DNA from: Bacteroidia bacterium
GTDB lineage: Bacteria; Bacteroidota; Bacteroidia; NS11-12g; UBA9320
NCBI GenBank assembly: GCA_029268695.1
Contig: JAQWNJ010000019.1
Location: 7,199-71,198, forward strand
DNA length: 64,000 nt
Reading direction: 5' to 3'
Shown here in pieces: positions 10,652 through 20,866 of this stretch (positions are counted from its first letter, which is position 1; each line of letters begins with the position of its first letter). Position numbers and translations under genes: made by a program. The notes under the pieces are model-generated. The model was given only the letters and a program-made list of their open reading frames with translations, was not told where the DNA came from and searched no databases.

Positions 10652-11098
10652 TTATTCTTTATTTCTACTATCTAGCCAAATTGTTACTGGTCCATCATTG
10701 ACTAAACCTACCCGCATCATAGCCCCAAACTGACCTGTCTGTGTGGATATTTGCTTTTGACACTCGGTTACAAAGGTTTGATAAAGGGGTAAAGCAATAT
10801 CTGGATGAGCAGCATTTATAAAAGAGGGTCTATTCCCTTTTTTGGTAGATGCATGGAGTGTGAACTGACTTACAACCAATAGCTCTCCACTAACATCCTT
10901 TATGCTTTGGTTCATTTTCCCATTTACATCCTCAAATAGTCGCATTTTAATAATCTTATTTGACAACCAAGTAATATCAGTTTGGTCATCTGTATCTTGA
11001 ACCCCGATTAGAACCAATAAACCCTTATCTATTGAAGAAATTTTTTTTTCATTCACCTCTACATAGGCTTCAGATACACGTTGGACCAATGCTCTCAT
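10652..11098 (-). CDS. dtd: D-aminoacyl-tRNA deacylase
   Basis: MRALVQRV, VSQFTL, KGNRPSF, NDGPVT. Confidence 0.96.
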   Translation of the reverse strand: MRALVQRVSEAYVEVNEKKISSIDKGLLVLIGVQDTDDQTDITWLSNKIIKMRLFEDVNGKMNQSIKDVSGELLVVSQFTLHASTKKGNRPSFINAAHPDIALPLYQTFVTECQKQISTQTGQFGAMMRVGLVNDGPVTIWLDSRNKE

Positions 11099-11221
11099 AC
11101 CACAATTTTAATACATATTATAAAAATCATAATAGGTAAAAAAGGATGAAACAAACTAGCAAAATCATGTAATAAATATATTTTGTTTTTAATTAACCCA
11201 AATTATATTTGCAACCCTTCT

Positions 11222-11296
11222 GGGAGCTTAGCTCAGTTGGTTTAGAGCATCTGCCTTACAAGCAGAGGGTCGCTGGTTCGAATCCAGCAGTTCCCA
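11222..11296 (+). tRNA. tRNA-Val (anticodon TAC); CCA not encoded
   Basis: Acceptor GGGAGCT/AGTTCCC, D-arm GCTC..GAGC, anticodon arm TCTGC-CTTACAA-GCAGA, T-loop GGTTCGAATCC; promoter TATATTTG at 11204-11211. Confidence 0.97.
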
Positions 11297-11317
11297 CACT
11301 GATTATCAAATGAATAG

Positions 11318-11345
11318 AGTCTCGCTTAACGGCGGGACTTTTTTT
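11318..11345 (+). terminator. Intrinsic terminator after tRNA-Val
   Basis: AGTCTCGC-TTAACG-GCGGGACT hairpin followed by a T run. Confidence 0.8.
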
Positions 11346-11489
11346 ATTTGCGTTTACAAAAACAATCATAAGATGCTTAAAAAATGACACCAATTTGTTA
11401 GATGTGAAACAGGACACATGAAAAAGGGGTGTTAATTCGTTGTATAACTTCCAAGAGTATATTTATTATTTTGCCTTCTCAAGAAAAGC

Positions 11490-13952
11490 ATGAAAAAAGC
11501 TCTCAAAATATTGGTCGCTGTTTTAATAATTATTACAGGAATCTCAGCAGCACTGTTTTTTTACTTTCAAAAAAACATACAACCAATGTTGGTTTCTGAA
11601 ATAAGTAAATCACTTGCCGTTCGTGTAAGTGTGGATGATATTAAAGTTACCCGAATACTGGATTTCCCTAAAATTGGTGTTCGACTTTCTAATATATCTG
11701 TAGAAGAAAGTGTTCCTTTTTATAAAGATAAACTAATCAAAGCCAACGAGGTAAATTTATATTTAAATATTGTGAAACTTTATCAAGGCAAATATATCAT
11801 TGATGAAATTTCAATAAGAGGGGGAACTATTAACATTGTAGACTTCGTAAACTCAAATAACTATGATATAATTAAGTCATCTAATGATAAAAGATCTAAG
11901 AACATAGGTTTTGAAATTGATCAACTTAAACTGCTGAATTGTTCCTTAAAATATAACCATATTCCCTCCAAAACGAATATTAATGGATTTACCTCATTAT
12001 CCAATATTGGCATCAAGTACAATAATTCGTCTACATACTTAAAGATTAAATCTGATCTTAAAAAACTAAATCTTTTAGTTAGTAATGATGACTACATTGA
12101 TGATAAAAATGTATCGTTTGACACTAAAATTATTGTAAATACAAACCTCAAAACAATAATCATTGACCCAACTGAATTAAACATTGAAAGTATTAATCTT
12201 TCAACTCATGGTAAAATAAATTATGATGAATCCTCGCTTGTTGATATTAAATTCAAAAATGGAAGAGCGGATGCCAAAAATTTAATTCATATTTTACCAA
12301 CCAGCTTAAAAAATAATTTTGATAATTTTAATCTTGACGGGAACCTTGCTATCGATGGATTTATAAATGGAAATTCAAGCAAAAATGGAAAGTTATCTAT
12401 CGGGTTTGAATATGAACTGACTGATGGCAACTTAATAATGAAAGAAAATAAAATCGGTATAAATCAACTTGATGCAAAAGGCATGTTTTCTATGCCAAAT
12501 TTAGAAAATATTAAAAATTCCACGTTCTATTGTAAACTAAGAAGTGCAAGTAATGGCTCAAATCATGTTGAAGGAAATATTGAGGTCATTGATTTTGAAA
12601 AGCCAAGAATAAAATGGCAGGGTTCAGCAAAATTAGATCCTGTGTTCATTTCTAAATTTACGCCTAATCCAAATTTTATTCCCTCAGCCGGTTTAATAAA
12701 TTTAAATGGCTCTATATCAATTACTTATGATATAAACCAAAGTAAAATAATACCCAATACTTTTGACTACAATGGTGCAATTTCTATAAAAAACATTCAA
12801 GGTAAAATTATAAATCCTGAACTAACTATTCATGAATTAAGTGCAGAAGTTCAATCAAAAGATGATAGTCTAATTATTCAAAATACACTAATCAATTATA
12901 ACCAAACTCAAGCAAATATAAGTGGCTATATTGAGAATGTAGCATCCATATTTAACGACAAAAATCAAACTAAATTTATTGGTGATTTGGAAGTTAATAA
13001 CTTATATATTAATGAATTATTAACTGAAGATTCAACGACCAAAACAGAAAATAACAACAATGAATTATCCCCAATTCATTTCAAGTTAACAACCAAAGTA
13101 AACAATTTTAATATTAATGATTTTAAAGCCGAATCAATTAATGGAACATTGATCTCTGACAAAAAATCAATTCAACTAAAAGACCTCAAAATGGCTGCAC
13201 TTGACGGTACAATATATGGGGATGTGTCAATGAATAATTGGGGTGAAAATTATCTACTTGACATACAAAGTGAATTACATGAAGTCAATATCAAAAAACT
13301 ATTTAGCCAGTTTAATAATTTTTATCAGGGTGAAATTACAGATAAAAATATAAGTGGAATATTAGATGGTAGTATTGTTACCAAAGTGATTTTGAATCAT
13401 GATTATGAACCAATTCTACCTAAACTCTATGCTAAATCAACAATAACAATTGAAAATGGTGCTTTGACTGGATATGAGCCACTAAAAGAACTTTCATCCT
13501 TTGTTCACGTTAAAGATTTAGAAAACATAAAGTTTAAAACATTGAATAATTCTATTGAAATATTTGATGAAACTATTTTTATTCCAAAAATGAAAATTGA
13601 GAATAACGCACTCAACCTCCAACTAGAAGGCACGCATACCTTTGACAATTTAATGTCTTATGCTATGGAAATAAGTGTAGCAGAATTGCTAGCAACAAAG
13701 GCAAATTGGATAGCTAAAAAAGCAGAAAAAAGAATTGAAAGAAATAAGAATGGCGGACTTACTGCATACGTACTCATGGAAGGAACTCCAAATGATCTAA
13801 AAATTAAATATGATCGATCAACCGTAAAGGAAAATATCAAAGAAGAAGTTAGGAACGAAAAAAAGAGGTTCATACAAACATTAAAGGGAGAAAGTACGCT
13901 GCAAGATCAAAAGAAAAAAATAAAAAGTTACGACGACATTTGGGACGAATAA
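11490..13952 (+). CDS. AsmA-family (AsmA/TamB-like) envelope protein
   Basis: N-terminal TM anchor; long beta-rich body; C-terminal IENG.L.GYEPL..LS...L.NIKF..L.N.I.I and GTHTFDN typical of Bacteroidota AsmA-like C-termini. Confidence 0.75.
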   Translation: MKKALKILVAVLIIITGISAALFFYFQKNIQPMLVSEISKSLAVRVSVDDIKVTRILDFPKIGVRLSNISVEESVPFYKDKLIKANEVNLYLNIVKLYQGKYIIDEISIRGGTINIVDFVNSNNYDIIKSSNDKRSKNIGFEIDQLKLLNCSLKYNHIPSKTNINGFTSLSNIGIKYNNSSTYLKIKSDLKKLNLLVSNDDYIDDKNVSFDTKIIVNTNLKTIIIDPTELNIESINLSTHGKINYDESSLVDIKFKNGRADAKNLIHILPTSLKNNFDNFNLDGNLAIDGFINGNSSKNGKLSIGFEYELTDGNLIMKENKIGINQLDAKGMFSMPNLENIKNSTFYCKLRSASNGSNHVEGNIEVIDFEKPRIKWQGSAKLDPVFISKFTPNPNFIPSAGLINLNGSISITYDINQSKIIPNTFDYNGAISIKNIQGKIINPELTIHELSAEVQSKDDSLIIQNTLINYNQTQANISGYIENVASIFNDKNQTKFIGDLEVNNLYINELLTEDSTTKTENNNNELSPIHFKLTTKVNNFNINDFKAESINGTLISDKKSIQLKDLKMAALDGTIYGDVSMNNWGENYLLDIQSELHEVNIKKLFSQFNNFYQGEITDKNISGILDGSIVTKVILNHDYEPILPKLYAKSTITIENGALTGYEPLKELSSFVHVKDLENIKFKTLNNSIEIFDETIFIPKMKIENNALNLQLEGTHTFDNLMSYAMEISVAELLATKANWIAKKAEKRIERNKNGGLTAYVLMEGTPNDLKIKYDRSTVKENIKEEVRNEKKRFIQTLKGESTLQDQKKKIKSYDDIWDE

Positions 13953-13953
13953 A

Positions 13954-15084
13954 TCAACTCATAAAAAGTGTGCTTGAAATATGATCCGCGAATAGCATGC
14001 CTTTATCTGTCAGTTTCATTTTTGAATTTTTCATTTCTAACCAATTTAATGAAGTCCAATACTTAATATCCTCCTCAAATATGGAAGCAACATTGTAATT
14101 ATACTTGTCAGATAACAACTTTAAATCCACTCCCCATTTAGTCCGCAATCCAGTCAATAAATACTCATTCATTCGATTATTTATTGTGAGTTTTTCAGTC
14201 TCAAAAGATCGATTTCCTGAACGGATAAATTCAAGATAAGATTGATTGTTACTCACATTCCAATGCCTACTAATGCCATCATAACTATGAGCCGACGGAC
14301 CAACTCCTAGGTATTTGTTGCCACTCCAATATGATGAATTATGTTTTGAATAATTACCTGGCTTACAAAATGATGAAACCTCATAATGCTCCCAACCGAG
14401 ATCCCTGGTCTGTTGGACCAGTATTTGATAATGACCTGACGAAGTTTCATCACTTGGTTTCTTATATTTCCCTTGATTTACTAATTTAACATACGGAGTA
14501 TTTTCTTCCATGGTTAAACTATAAGCCGAAAGATGGTTTACAGGTAAATTAAGAGCCTCTTTAAGACTATCTGACCATTCTCTGTCACCAAGTTGAGGAA
14601 GGCCATAAATTAAATCTAATGTTATATTATTAAAACCTGCCTCTGCGGCATATTCAATAGATTTTTTAGCTTGACAAGCATCATGGCTCCTATTCATCCA
14701 TTTAAGATGCTCATCATTTAAACTCTGAATTCCAATACTTAATCGATTAATCCCAACAAACTTTAATTCTCTTAAATATTCTTTAGATAAGTCATCAGGA
14801 TTACATTCAAATGTTATTTCAGCATTTTTTTCAATGTTATAATGACCATAGACCACTCCTAAAATTTCATCGATTTCTTTTATAGACAAAACACTCGGAG
14901 TTCCTCCTCCAAAATAAATGGAACTGATCGATTCCTTCGAATCAAAAAAATCTTTTCTTTTCTTTAATTCCTGGCAAATTGCTGTGATAATTTTTTCTTT
15001 TATTTTAAATGAAACTGAAAAATGAAAATCACAATAAAAACATGCCTTTTTACAAAATGGTATATGGATATATATTCCTGACAA
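13954..15084 (-). CDS. hemW: Radical SAM heme chaperone HemW (HemN-like)
   Basis: GIYIHIPFCKKACFYCDF, YFGGGTPS, HNSSYW, YLGVGPSAHS. Confidence 0.93.
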   Translation of the reverse strand: MSGIYIHIPFCKKACFYCDFHFSVSFKIKEKIITAICQELKKRKDFFDSKESISSIYFGGGTPSVLSIKEIDEILGVVYGHYNIEKNAEITFECNPDDLSKEYLRELKFVGINRLSIGIQSLNDEHLKWMNRSHDACQAKKSIEYAAEAGFNNITLDLIYGLPQLGDREWSDSLKEALNLPVNHLSAYSLTMEENTPYVKLVNQGKYKKPSDETSSGHYQILVQQTRDLGWEHYEVSSFCKPGNYSKHNSSYWSGNKYLGVGPSAHSYDGISRHWNVSNNQSYLEFIRSGNRSFETEKLTINNRMNEYLLTGLRTKWGVDLKLLSDKYNYNVASIFEEDIKYWTSLNWLEMKNSKMKLTDKGMLFADHISSTLFMS

Positions 15085-15129
15085 TTATAATTTTTACTAA
15101 TGCAATATCGTTTATTTTTGTAATTAAAC

Positions 15130-16869
15130 GTGTACAAAGTTTTAGTAATCACTAGCTTATTTATCCTTCCTTTTTTTTGCAAAGCTCAAATGGTCACTTT
15201 GAGCATTAAAAGTGAGAGTAACACATCCTACACCCAATTGCCTGACTCTTCATCTGTTTTTCGTAAACTACAACAAGAAATAAATAACTATCGCACTAAA
15301 GGCTTCATAGCTGCGAGCATTGACTCAACAAAATATGCTAATGACACAATTATTGCGTACTTAAACCATGGTGTTCCATTCGCACATATGGAAATTAATA
15401 CCCATAATCTTCCTGATGAGTACATAGGATCAGCTAAAAGACAGACCTTAAATTTAGTTACGTTTTCAAAATTGCAAAAAAAAGTGATGCAAGATTATGA
15501 AAACAAGGGTTTCCCGTTTGTCTCTATATCTCTTACAGAACCAAAAATTAAAGAAGATACATTGGTCGCGAATATCATAATAGATCCATATATACAGTTT
15601 GTTTATGACACCATTGTTGTTATTGGTAATTCTAGCCTATCAAAAAAATACTTATGCAAATATCTCGATATTGAAGAAGGGGCTCTATACAACGAGGGAA
15701 ATATTAAAAACATCGATACCAAGCTTGAAAATTTGCCCTTAGTAAAAGTCAAATCAGAGACTCAGATTCTTTTTTTTAGGGGAAGAGTCAGAATTATATT
15801 AAATATTGACGATTCATCAATAGATCAGTTTGACGGCATTATAGGCTTAGCCCCAAATAGTAATAACGCTGAAGAAAATACTCTTTTAATAACCGGAGAA
15901 CTAAATGTTAAATTAAATAATTTATTTAAAAGTGGAAAACAGTTACAAATTCAATGGAAAAAGTACCTCAAAAACTCTCAAAAACTTAATTTATCTTCAA
16001 CCATTCCATACCTTTTTAACTCAAAATTTGGAATTAATGGAGAATTTAAACTTAATAAATTTGACACATTATTCTTAAACTTAAATAGCCAACTTTCCAT
16101 TAGACATCAGAACAGTGGCAACAATTACATTCAATTTTATTACCAAAATATACAAAGCAATCTCTTAAGCGTTGACACCAATTCTATCAGGTTGCAAGAA
16201 AGAATTCCTAGCAATAACCCCTTCAATATTGACAACTATGGCCTGAGCATGTATAAGAAAAAAGTTGATTATTTAAATAATCCAAGAAGAGGATTTGCGA
16301 TTCTGACTGATCTTGCTATTGGCCAAAAAACTATAAAAAAAAATAGAGTAATAAATAACATGAAATTTTTTGACTCGGAAACAGGAAAAACTTTATCACT
16401 TTATGACACTATCAAACTGAAACAATTAAGACTAAATGCATTTATAAACTTAACATCGTTTATTCCAATCAAAGAGAAAAGTACCATTCACCAAAATTTA
16501 TCATTTAGAGGGTTGTTCAGTGAGCAAGTATTTTTTAACGAACTATACAATTTTGGTGGTTATTCTAACTTAAAAGGATTTGATGAAAATGAGTTTTTTG
16601 CTAGTAAATCACTCATTTATACACTAGAATATCGATATCTTATTGGAACAAATAGCTATATAGGCTTATTTATAAATGCTGCAGCATACGAAGACAAAAT
16701 TAAAAGCTCATCAATCATTTATGATAAACCAATTGGATTTGGTCTTTCTAGTAATCTTGAAATTGGGCAAGGTATTCTTAACATATCTTATGCTTTAGGA
16801 TCTCAAAATAATAATGGATTTCAATTGGGTTCAGCTAAGATACATTTTGGAATTATTAATTATTTCTAA
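15130..16869 (+). CDS. Omp85/BamA-TamA family outer-membrane protein with POTRA-like domains
   Basis: Signal peptide; YENKGFPF; FGGYSNLKGFDE (VRGF-like lid); terminal Phe. Confidence 0.78.
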   Translation: MYKVLVITSLFILPFFCKAQMVTLSIKSESNTSYTQLPDSSSVFRKLQQEINNYRTKGFIAASIDSTKYANDTIIAYLNHGVPFAHMEINTHNLPDEYIGSAKRQTLNLVTFSKLQKKVMQDYENKGFPFVSISLTEPKIKEDTLVANIIIDPYIQFVYDTIVVIGNSSLSKKYLCKYLDIEEGALYNEGNIKNIDTKLENLPLVKVKSETQILFFRGRVRIILNIDDSSIDQFDGIIGLAPNSNNAEENTLLITGELNVKLNNLFKSGKQLQIQWKKYLKNSQKLNLSSTIPYLFNSKFGINGEFKLNKFDTLFLNLNSQLSIRHQNSGNNYIQFYYQNIQSNLLSVDTNSIRLQERIPSNNPFNIDNYGLSMYKKKVDYLNNPRRGFAILTDLAIGQKTIKKNRVINNMKFFDSETGKTLSLYDTIKLKQLRLNAFINLTSFIPIKEKSTIHQNLSFRGLFSEQVFFNELYNFGGYSNLKGFDENEFFASKSLIYTLEYRYLIGTNSYIGLFINAAAYEDKIKSSSIIYDKPIGFGLSSNLEIGQGILNISYALGSQNNNGFQLGSAKIHFGIINYF

Positions 16870-16876
16870 TAATTAG

Positions 16877-17572
16877 ATGAACTTTGAAGCATTGAAAGAA
16901 ACAATCATTATACATGAGCTATTACTAAGACATGAGGTTCCTGGAATTCTTAAGTACTCACTTATTCTAGCCTTACTTCTAATTGCTTTTATATATGTTC
17001 TAATTCCTAACTTATTTCTTCACATAAAGCATTTATCATTAATCCCAATTCAAAGGTTTCAATGGCAAAGTGAAAAATATAATGAGAATATTATCTTTCG
17101 ATTAAGTTCGTTTTTTTTTGTGACCTTAATATTTAGCATAGCTATTTACTCTTATTTACCCGATATATATTGGTTTAATGAGACTGATACAATGAGATTC
17201 TTTATAATATTAGGGGGTATTGTAAGCTTATTCTTAGTTAAACTAATGTTAGATTACTCTTACTTTCAACTACATAGAGCCAAACAAACATTCAACTTAA
17301 TTATTGATTATCAATATGGCATAAATCAATTATTTGCCATTATAATTGGAAGCTTAACTCTTGTAGATGTATACTCCTATGGATTAATTAGCAAGTTCTA
17401 CATAGTGGTCTTAATAACATTATTGATATACCTTGCTCTTCGATTTATTGGTACCACAGTTATTCTAATAAACAATTTTAGCTATCCCATTTTAACTGTA
17501 ATTGTTTACCTTTGCACATTCGAATTTATATGTGTAATGGTTTTCATGAAGGTATTGTTCGATAACATATAA
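16877..17572 (+). CDS. DUF4271-like integral membrane protein
   Basis: Six or seven TM segments; C-terminal YLCTFE motif; directly upstream of a hemD-like gene, the usual Bacteroidota synteny. Confidence 0.7.
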   Translation: MNFEALKETIIIHELLLRHEVPGILKYSLILALLLIAFIYVLIPNLFLHIKHLSLIPIQRFQWQSEKYNENIIFRLSSFFFVTLIFSIAIYSYLPDIYWFNETDTMRFFIILGGIVSLFLVKLMLDYSYFQLHRAKQTFNLIIDYQYGINQLFAIIIGSLTLVDVYSYGLISKFYIVVLITLLIYLALRFIGTTVILINNFSYPILTVIVYLCTFEFICVMVFMKVLFDNI

Positions 17573-17583
17573 GGAGATAAAAA

Positions 17584-18327
17584 TTGAGCATTAAAAGTAT
17601 TCTTATTTCTCAACCACACCCCGGTGGCAAAAAAACTGTTTATGACACCCTGACCGAAAAATTTGGAGTTAAGGTGGATTTTCACCCATTCATAGAAGTT
17701 AAAGCTGTTCCGGCAAGGGACTTACGCAAGCAAAAACTTCGGATTCTTGATCATGATGCCATTATTTTCAATTCAAGAAATGCAATTGACCATTTTTTCA
17801 GAATAGTTGAGGAAATGAAAGTAGATATTCCTACCACAATGAAGTATTTCTGTACCAATGAAGGAGTTTCTTTGTACATTCAGAAATATACTCAGCTGAG
17901 GAAAAGAAAAATGTTTGTAGGAAAAGGTACTAATTCCTCATTTTTAGACCTCCTAAAAAAACATAAAACACTCAATTATCTCTTTCCTTGTTCTAATATA
18001 CGTAATGAGGTTATTCCTAATTTTTTGGAAAAAATGGAAATCAACCATACAGAAGCAATCATGTATCACACAGTGAATTCAGATTTGTCTGATTTAGCAA
18101 GCGTTTATTATGACATCTTAGTCTTTTTTAGCCCACAGGGTATTTCATCGTTATTTGCGAATTTTCCGGATTTTGAACAAGAAGATCGAGCAATTGCTGG
18201 TTGGGGTAAAACAACAGATCTAGCTTTGACAGAAGCTGGATTAAAGAATACAATAGCAGCACCATCTCCCCAGCACCCTAGTATGGTTGCAGCTTTAGAA
18301 GCCTTTATTAAAAGTAAGCTTAAATAA
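17584..18327 (+). CDS. hemD: Uroporphyrinogen-III synthase-like (HemD family)
   Basis: IKSILISQP, FHPFIEV, YDILVFFSPQGI, APSPQHPSM. Confidence 0.85.
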   Translation: MSIKSILISQPHPGGKKTVYDTLTEKFGVKVDFHPFIEVKAVPARDLRKQKLRILDHDAIIFNSRNAIDHFFRIVEEMKVDIPTTMKYFCTNEGVSLYIQKYTQLRKRKMFVGKGTNSSFLDLLKKHKTLNYLFPCSNIRNEVIPNFLEKMEINHTEAIMYHTVNSDLSDLASVYYDILVFFSPQGISSLFANFPDFEQEDRAIAGWGKTTDLALTEAGLKNTIAAPSPQHPSMVAALEAFIKSKLK

Positions 18328-19513
18328 AACGCCTACAGAGAATCGCTTCATTATCTCTAGATTTTAATAAAAATAAAAACCAATCACCCCCATCTGTTGT
18401 GCCTAATTTTTTATGCCATTTAGCTGGTGATTCATTTATTCCTTTAATTATAATGTTTAATTTATTCAAATTATTTTTTCTTAAGGATTCTTTTATTTTC
18501 TTGACAGTTAACGATGATTTATCAATAACACTAAATGTTCTAAACCCTGTTAAAGCACTATTTTTAGAAAAAAAAATTTGGAAATTTAAGTGCTTAGAAA
18601 CGCCTTTGCTCTTTGTAAAAAAATGGAAGCATGAAGATTTTGCTACTAAAACTGAAGGAATATGCAAAAACTTGTTGTAATTGTTTTCATAAGTATAGTT
18701 TTTTCGTGAAAAATACTCTTCGAACGGGACCGAAACTCTAAAATTATTATAAACATCTGCTAGATGAATAAATGCATTACTTGTTTCATTAGCTAGTGAA
18801 CAGTCAATGATAATTCCCACCTCTTTAACCTCGTTTTTTTCTGCAATTACATGAACAGATGCTAGGTTATCAAAACATCTCATAATTTCACTTAAATCGA
18901 ATAACGGAGATAGTTTAATATAGATTTTTGATGCTACTTTCTTCATCAAGTCTATATTACCCAAAATATCTGGTTTTAAATATCTTAAATCAACAGATCG
19001 CCTATGACTACTTCTTCTGTCAGGGTCAACATATATCCAATCCGCTACTCTATTAGGTAACAACTCAATAGCATCACCATGTATTCTCTTGATATTGGTA
19101 ACTCCTAATTTTTTGAGGTTAAAACTTGCTAATAAATGAAGAGATTGATTCAATTCAATAGCTTCAACCTGTTCAAAGTTTTCAGCTAAATAAATACTAT
19201 CCACACCTATACCAGCTGTCAAATCAAGTAATTTTCCCCCACTGATAAAAGTAGACTTATATTTTGCGACCTCTTCTGAAGTTGACTGCTCGTATGAACG
19301 CTGATTGATAGCTAATAAATTCTTTGATATAATGGGTACTTTTTGAGCTGCTTTTCTATAAATAGCAATTAATTGCAATGCTATCTTTAAATCAAATGAT
19401 GTTTTACCAGCATACTTAAGTGCTAAAGCAACTGGATCTTTATTTAAATTATTTTGAATGAAACGAATACCCTCGTTACTAGATAAAACCGTGATAATAT
19501 CTTTACTTTGCAC
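18320..19513 (-). CDS. Class I SAM-dependent methyltransferase with THUMP-like C-terminus
   Basis: EQSTSE..A.YK, DLTAGIGVD, YVDPDRR, IKLSPLFD. Confidence 0.82.
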   Translation of the reverse strand: MQSKDIITVLSSNEGIRFIQNNLNKDPVALALKYAGKTSFDLKIALQLIAIYRKAAQKVPIISKNLLAINQRSYEQSTSEEVAKYKSTFISGGKLLDLTAGIGVDSIYLAENFEQVEAIELNQSLHLLASFNLKKLGVTNIKRIHGDAIELLPNRVADWIYVDPDRRSSHRRSVDLRYLKPDILGNIDLMKKVASKIYIKLSPLFDLSEIMRCFDNLASVHVIAEKNEVKEVGIIIDCSLANETSNAFIHLADVYNNFRVSVPFEEYFSRKNYTYENNYNKFLHIPSVLVAKSSCFHFFTKSKGVSKHLNFQIFFSKNSALTGFRTFSVIDKSSLTVKKIKESLRKNNLNKLNIIIKGINESPAKWHKKLGTTDGGDWFLFLLKSRDNEAILCRRFI

Positions 19514-19568
19514 TAATTTTAATGTAAATACGTTTAACTTTAAACGCTCACAATATTATCATACTATC

Positions 19569-19700
19569 ATGAACATAAAAAAAATCTTATCCCTGCTATT
19601 TCTTGCAATTATCATAAGTACAGCTTTTGTATCGTGTAAATCAAGAGATGCCTGTCCGGGAATGAGTCAGGTCAAAATCTCTCAGAACAAAGCAGTATAA
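19569..19700 (+). CDS. Small (43 aa) putative lipoprotein
   Basis: MNIKK plus hydrophobic core plus lipobox FVS-C; mature CKSRDACPGM...; stop 9 nt before the ytxJ start. Confidence 0.6.
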   Translation: MNIKKILSLLFLAIIISTAFVSCKSRDACPGMSQVKISQNKAV

Positions 19701-19709
19701 GCCGTTAAC

Positions 19710-20039
19710 ATGTGGTCAGTTACCAAGGATTATGATATTCAATCTTTGCTAGAAGAAGAAAGGCCTGTACTAATTTTCAAACACAGTTATCGGTGTTCTA
19801 TAAGCTCTATGGCACTACAACGAATAGAACGAATTCATAAAGAAATTAGTGAAAGTGCAAATTTTGTTCTTGTTGACGTAATAAAGCAGCGTGATTTTTC
19901 TTTAAAAATTGCCAAATATTTTAACATAAAACATGAATCACCACAAATCATCTTTTATAATAGAGGTACTGTCCAATTCACAGATTCACATATGAATATT
20001 AAATCATCCAAAGTCTTGGATTATCTAGTAAATTATTAG
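19710..20039 (+). CDS. ytxJ: Monothiol bacilliredoxin BrxC/YtxJ family (thioredoxin fold)
   Basis: LIFKHSYRCSIS, IKHESPQ, SHMNI. Confidence 0.88.
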   Translation: MWSVTKDYDIQSLLEEERPVLIFKHSYRCSISSMALQRIERIHKEISESANFVLVDVIKQRDFSLKIAKYFNIKHESPQIIFYNRGTVQFTDSHMNIKSSKVLDYLVNY

Positions 20040-20046
20040 AAATTTA

Positions 20047-20760
20047 GTGGTTGTGATTAAAACGAATATCATCAACTTATTTTTTACGTTTTTCTTTTTT
20101 AATGCTTTGTGTGTAAATGCACAAGAGCATTCAATTGAATTATCAGGAGGAATAAATATATCAACAAACGGGTATGGAATTTACTTTCAATCATGCTTTC
20201 CTAAAGTCAACTCAAAAATTAAAAACTCGATTACGCTATACAGTCATACAATAAAACATGCCCAAGAAACGCGAATTAAAAATGAAAAGTACATCAATCC
20301 CAGTCCATATGTACTCGGGAAAATTAATGCTGGAGGAGGATTTGGAATTGACTTTACATTTCATCATCAAATTGGCTCCCATCAAGACAATTCACCCAAA
20401 CTATTTTTAGGTGCCTCAGTAGGGCCAATATTAGGAATTATGAAACCCTATTATGTTTCATTTGACAAGCCAGGCGAACCAAATCAAATAATTGTTCAAA
20501 ATGAAGGCTTACTAGGTAAACAAGATTCAATTATTGGAAGTATCGTTTGGACAAAGGGGTTAAGTGAGCTGTCATATACACCTGGTATTCATTTTGACCT
20601 AAACTTTTTAATTCAATGGAGAAACTACAATCGAGCTCATAATTGGCAAAATGGCATTCGAATTAATTATTTCCCAAAAGGATTATATATACTGTTGCTA
20701 GCCAATAATTCTTCATTTATATCTATCTATACACAATATGGTTTCAATCGGAAAAAATAA
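20047..20760 (+). CDS. Hypothetical exported protein, probable outer-membrane beta-barrel
   Basis: Signal peptide ending VNA-Q; YVLGKIN and GPILGIMKPYY; alternating beta pattern; C-terminal YGF. Confidence 0.55.
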   Translation: MVVIKTNIINLFFTFFFFNALCVNAQEHSIELSGGINISTNGYGIYFQSCFPKVNSKIKNSITLYSHTIKHAQETRIKNEKYINPSPYVLGKINAGGGFGIDFTFHHQIGSHQDNSPKLFLGASVGPILGIMKPYYVSFDKPGEPNQIIVQNEGLLGKQDSIIGSIVWTKGLSELSYTPGIHFDLNFLIQWRNYNRAHNWQNGIRINYFPKGLYILLLANNSSFISIYTQYGFNRKK

Positions 20761-20866
20761 TTATTGTTTTCTTACCATTTTATGACCAACCTAGGTCAAC
20801 TATTCTTTGAAAGTATTAAATCAAAACTTAAATTCGTATGTTTAATAAGTGATCATATTTAAAGTT

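Noticed and set aside
11297-17572. Genomic island after tRNA-Val, suggested by the very AT-rich asmA and Omp85 genes
   Set aside because: The genes are typical core Bacteroidota envelope and haem genes; no integrase or flanking direct repeat was seen.
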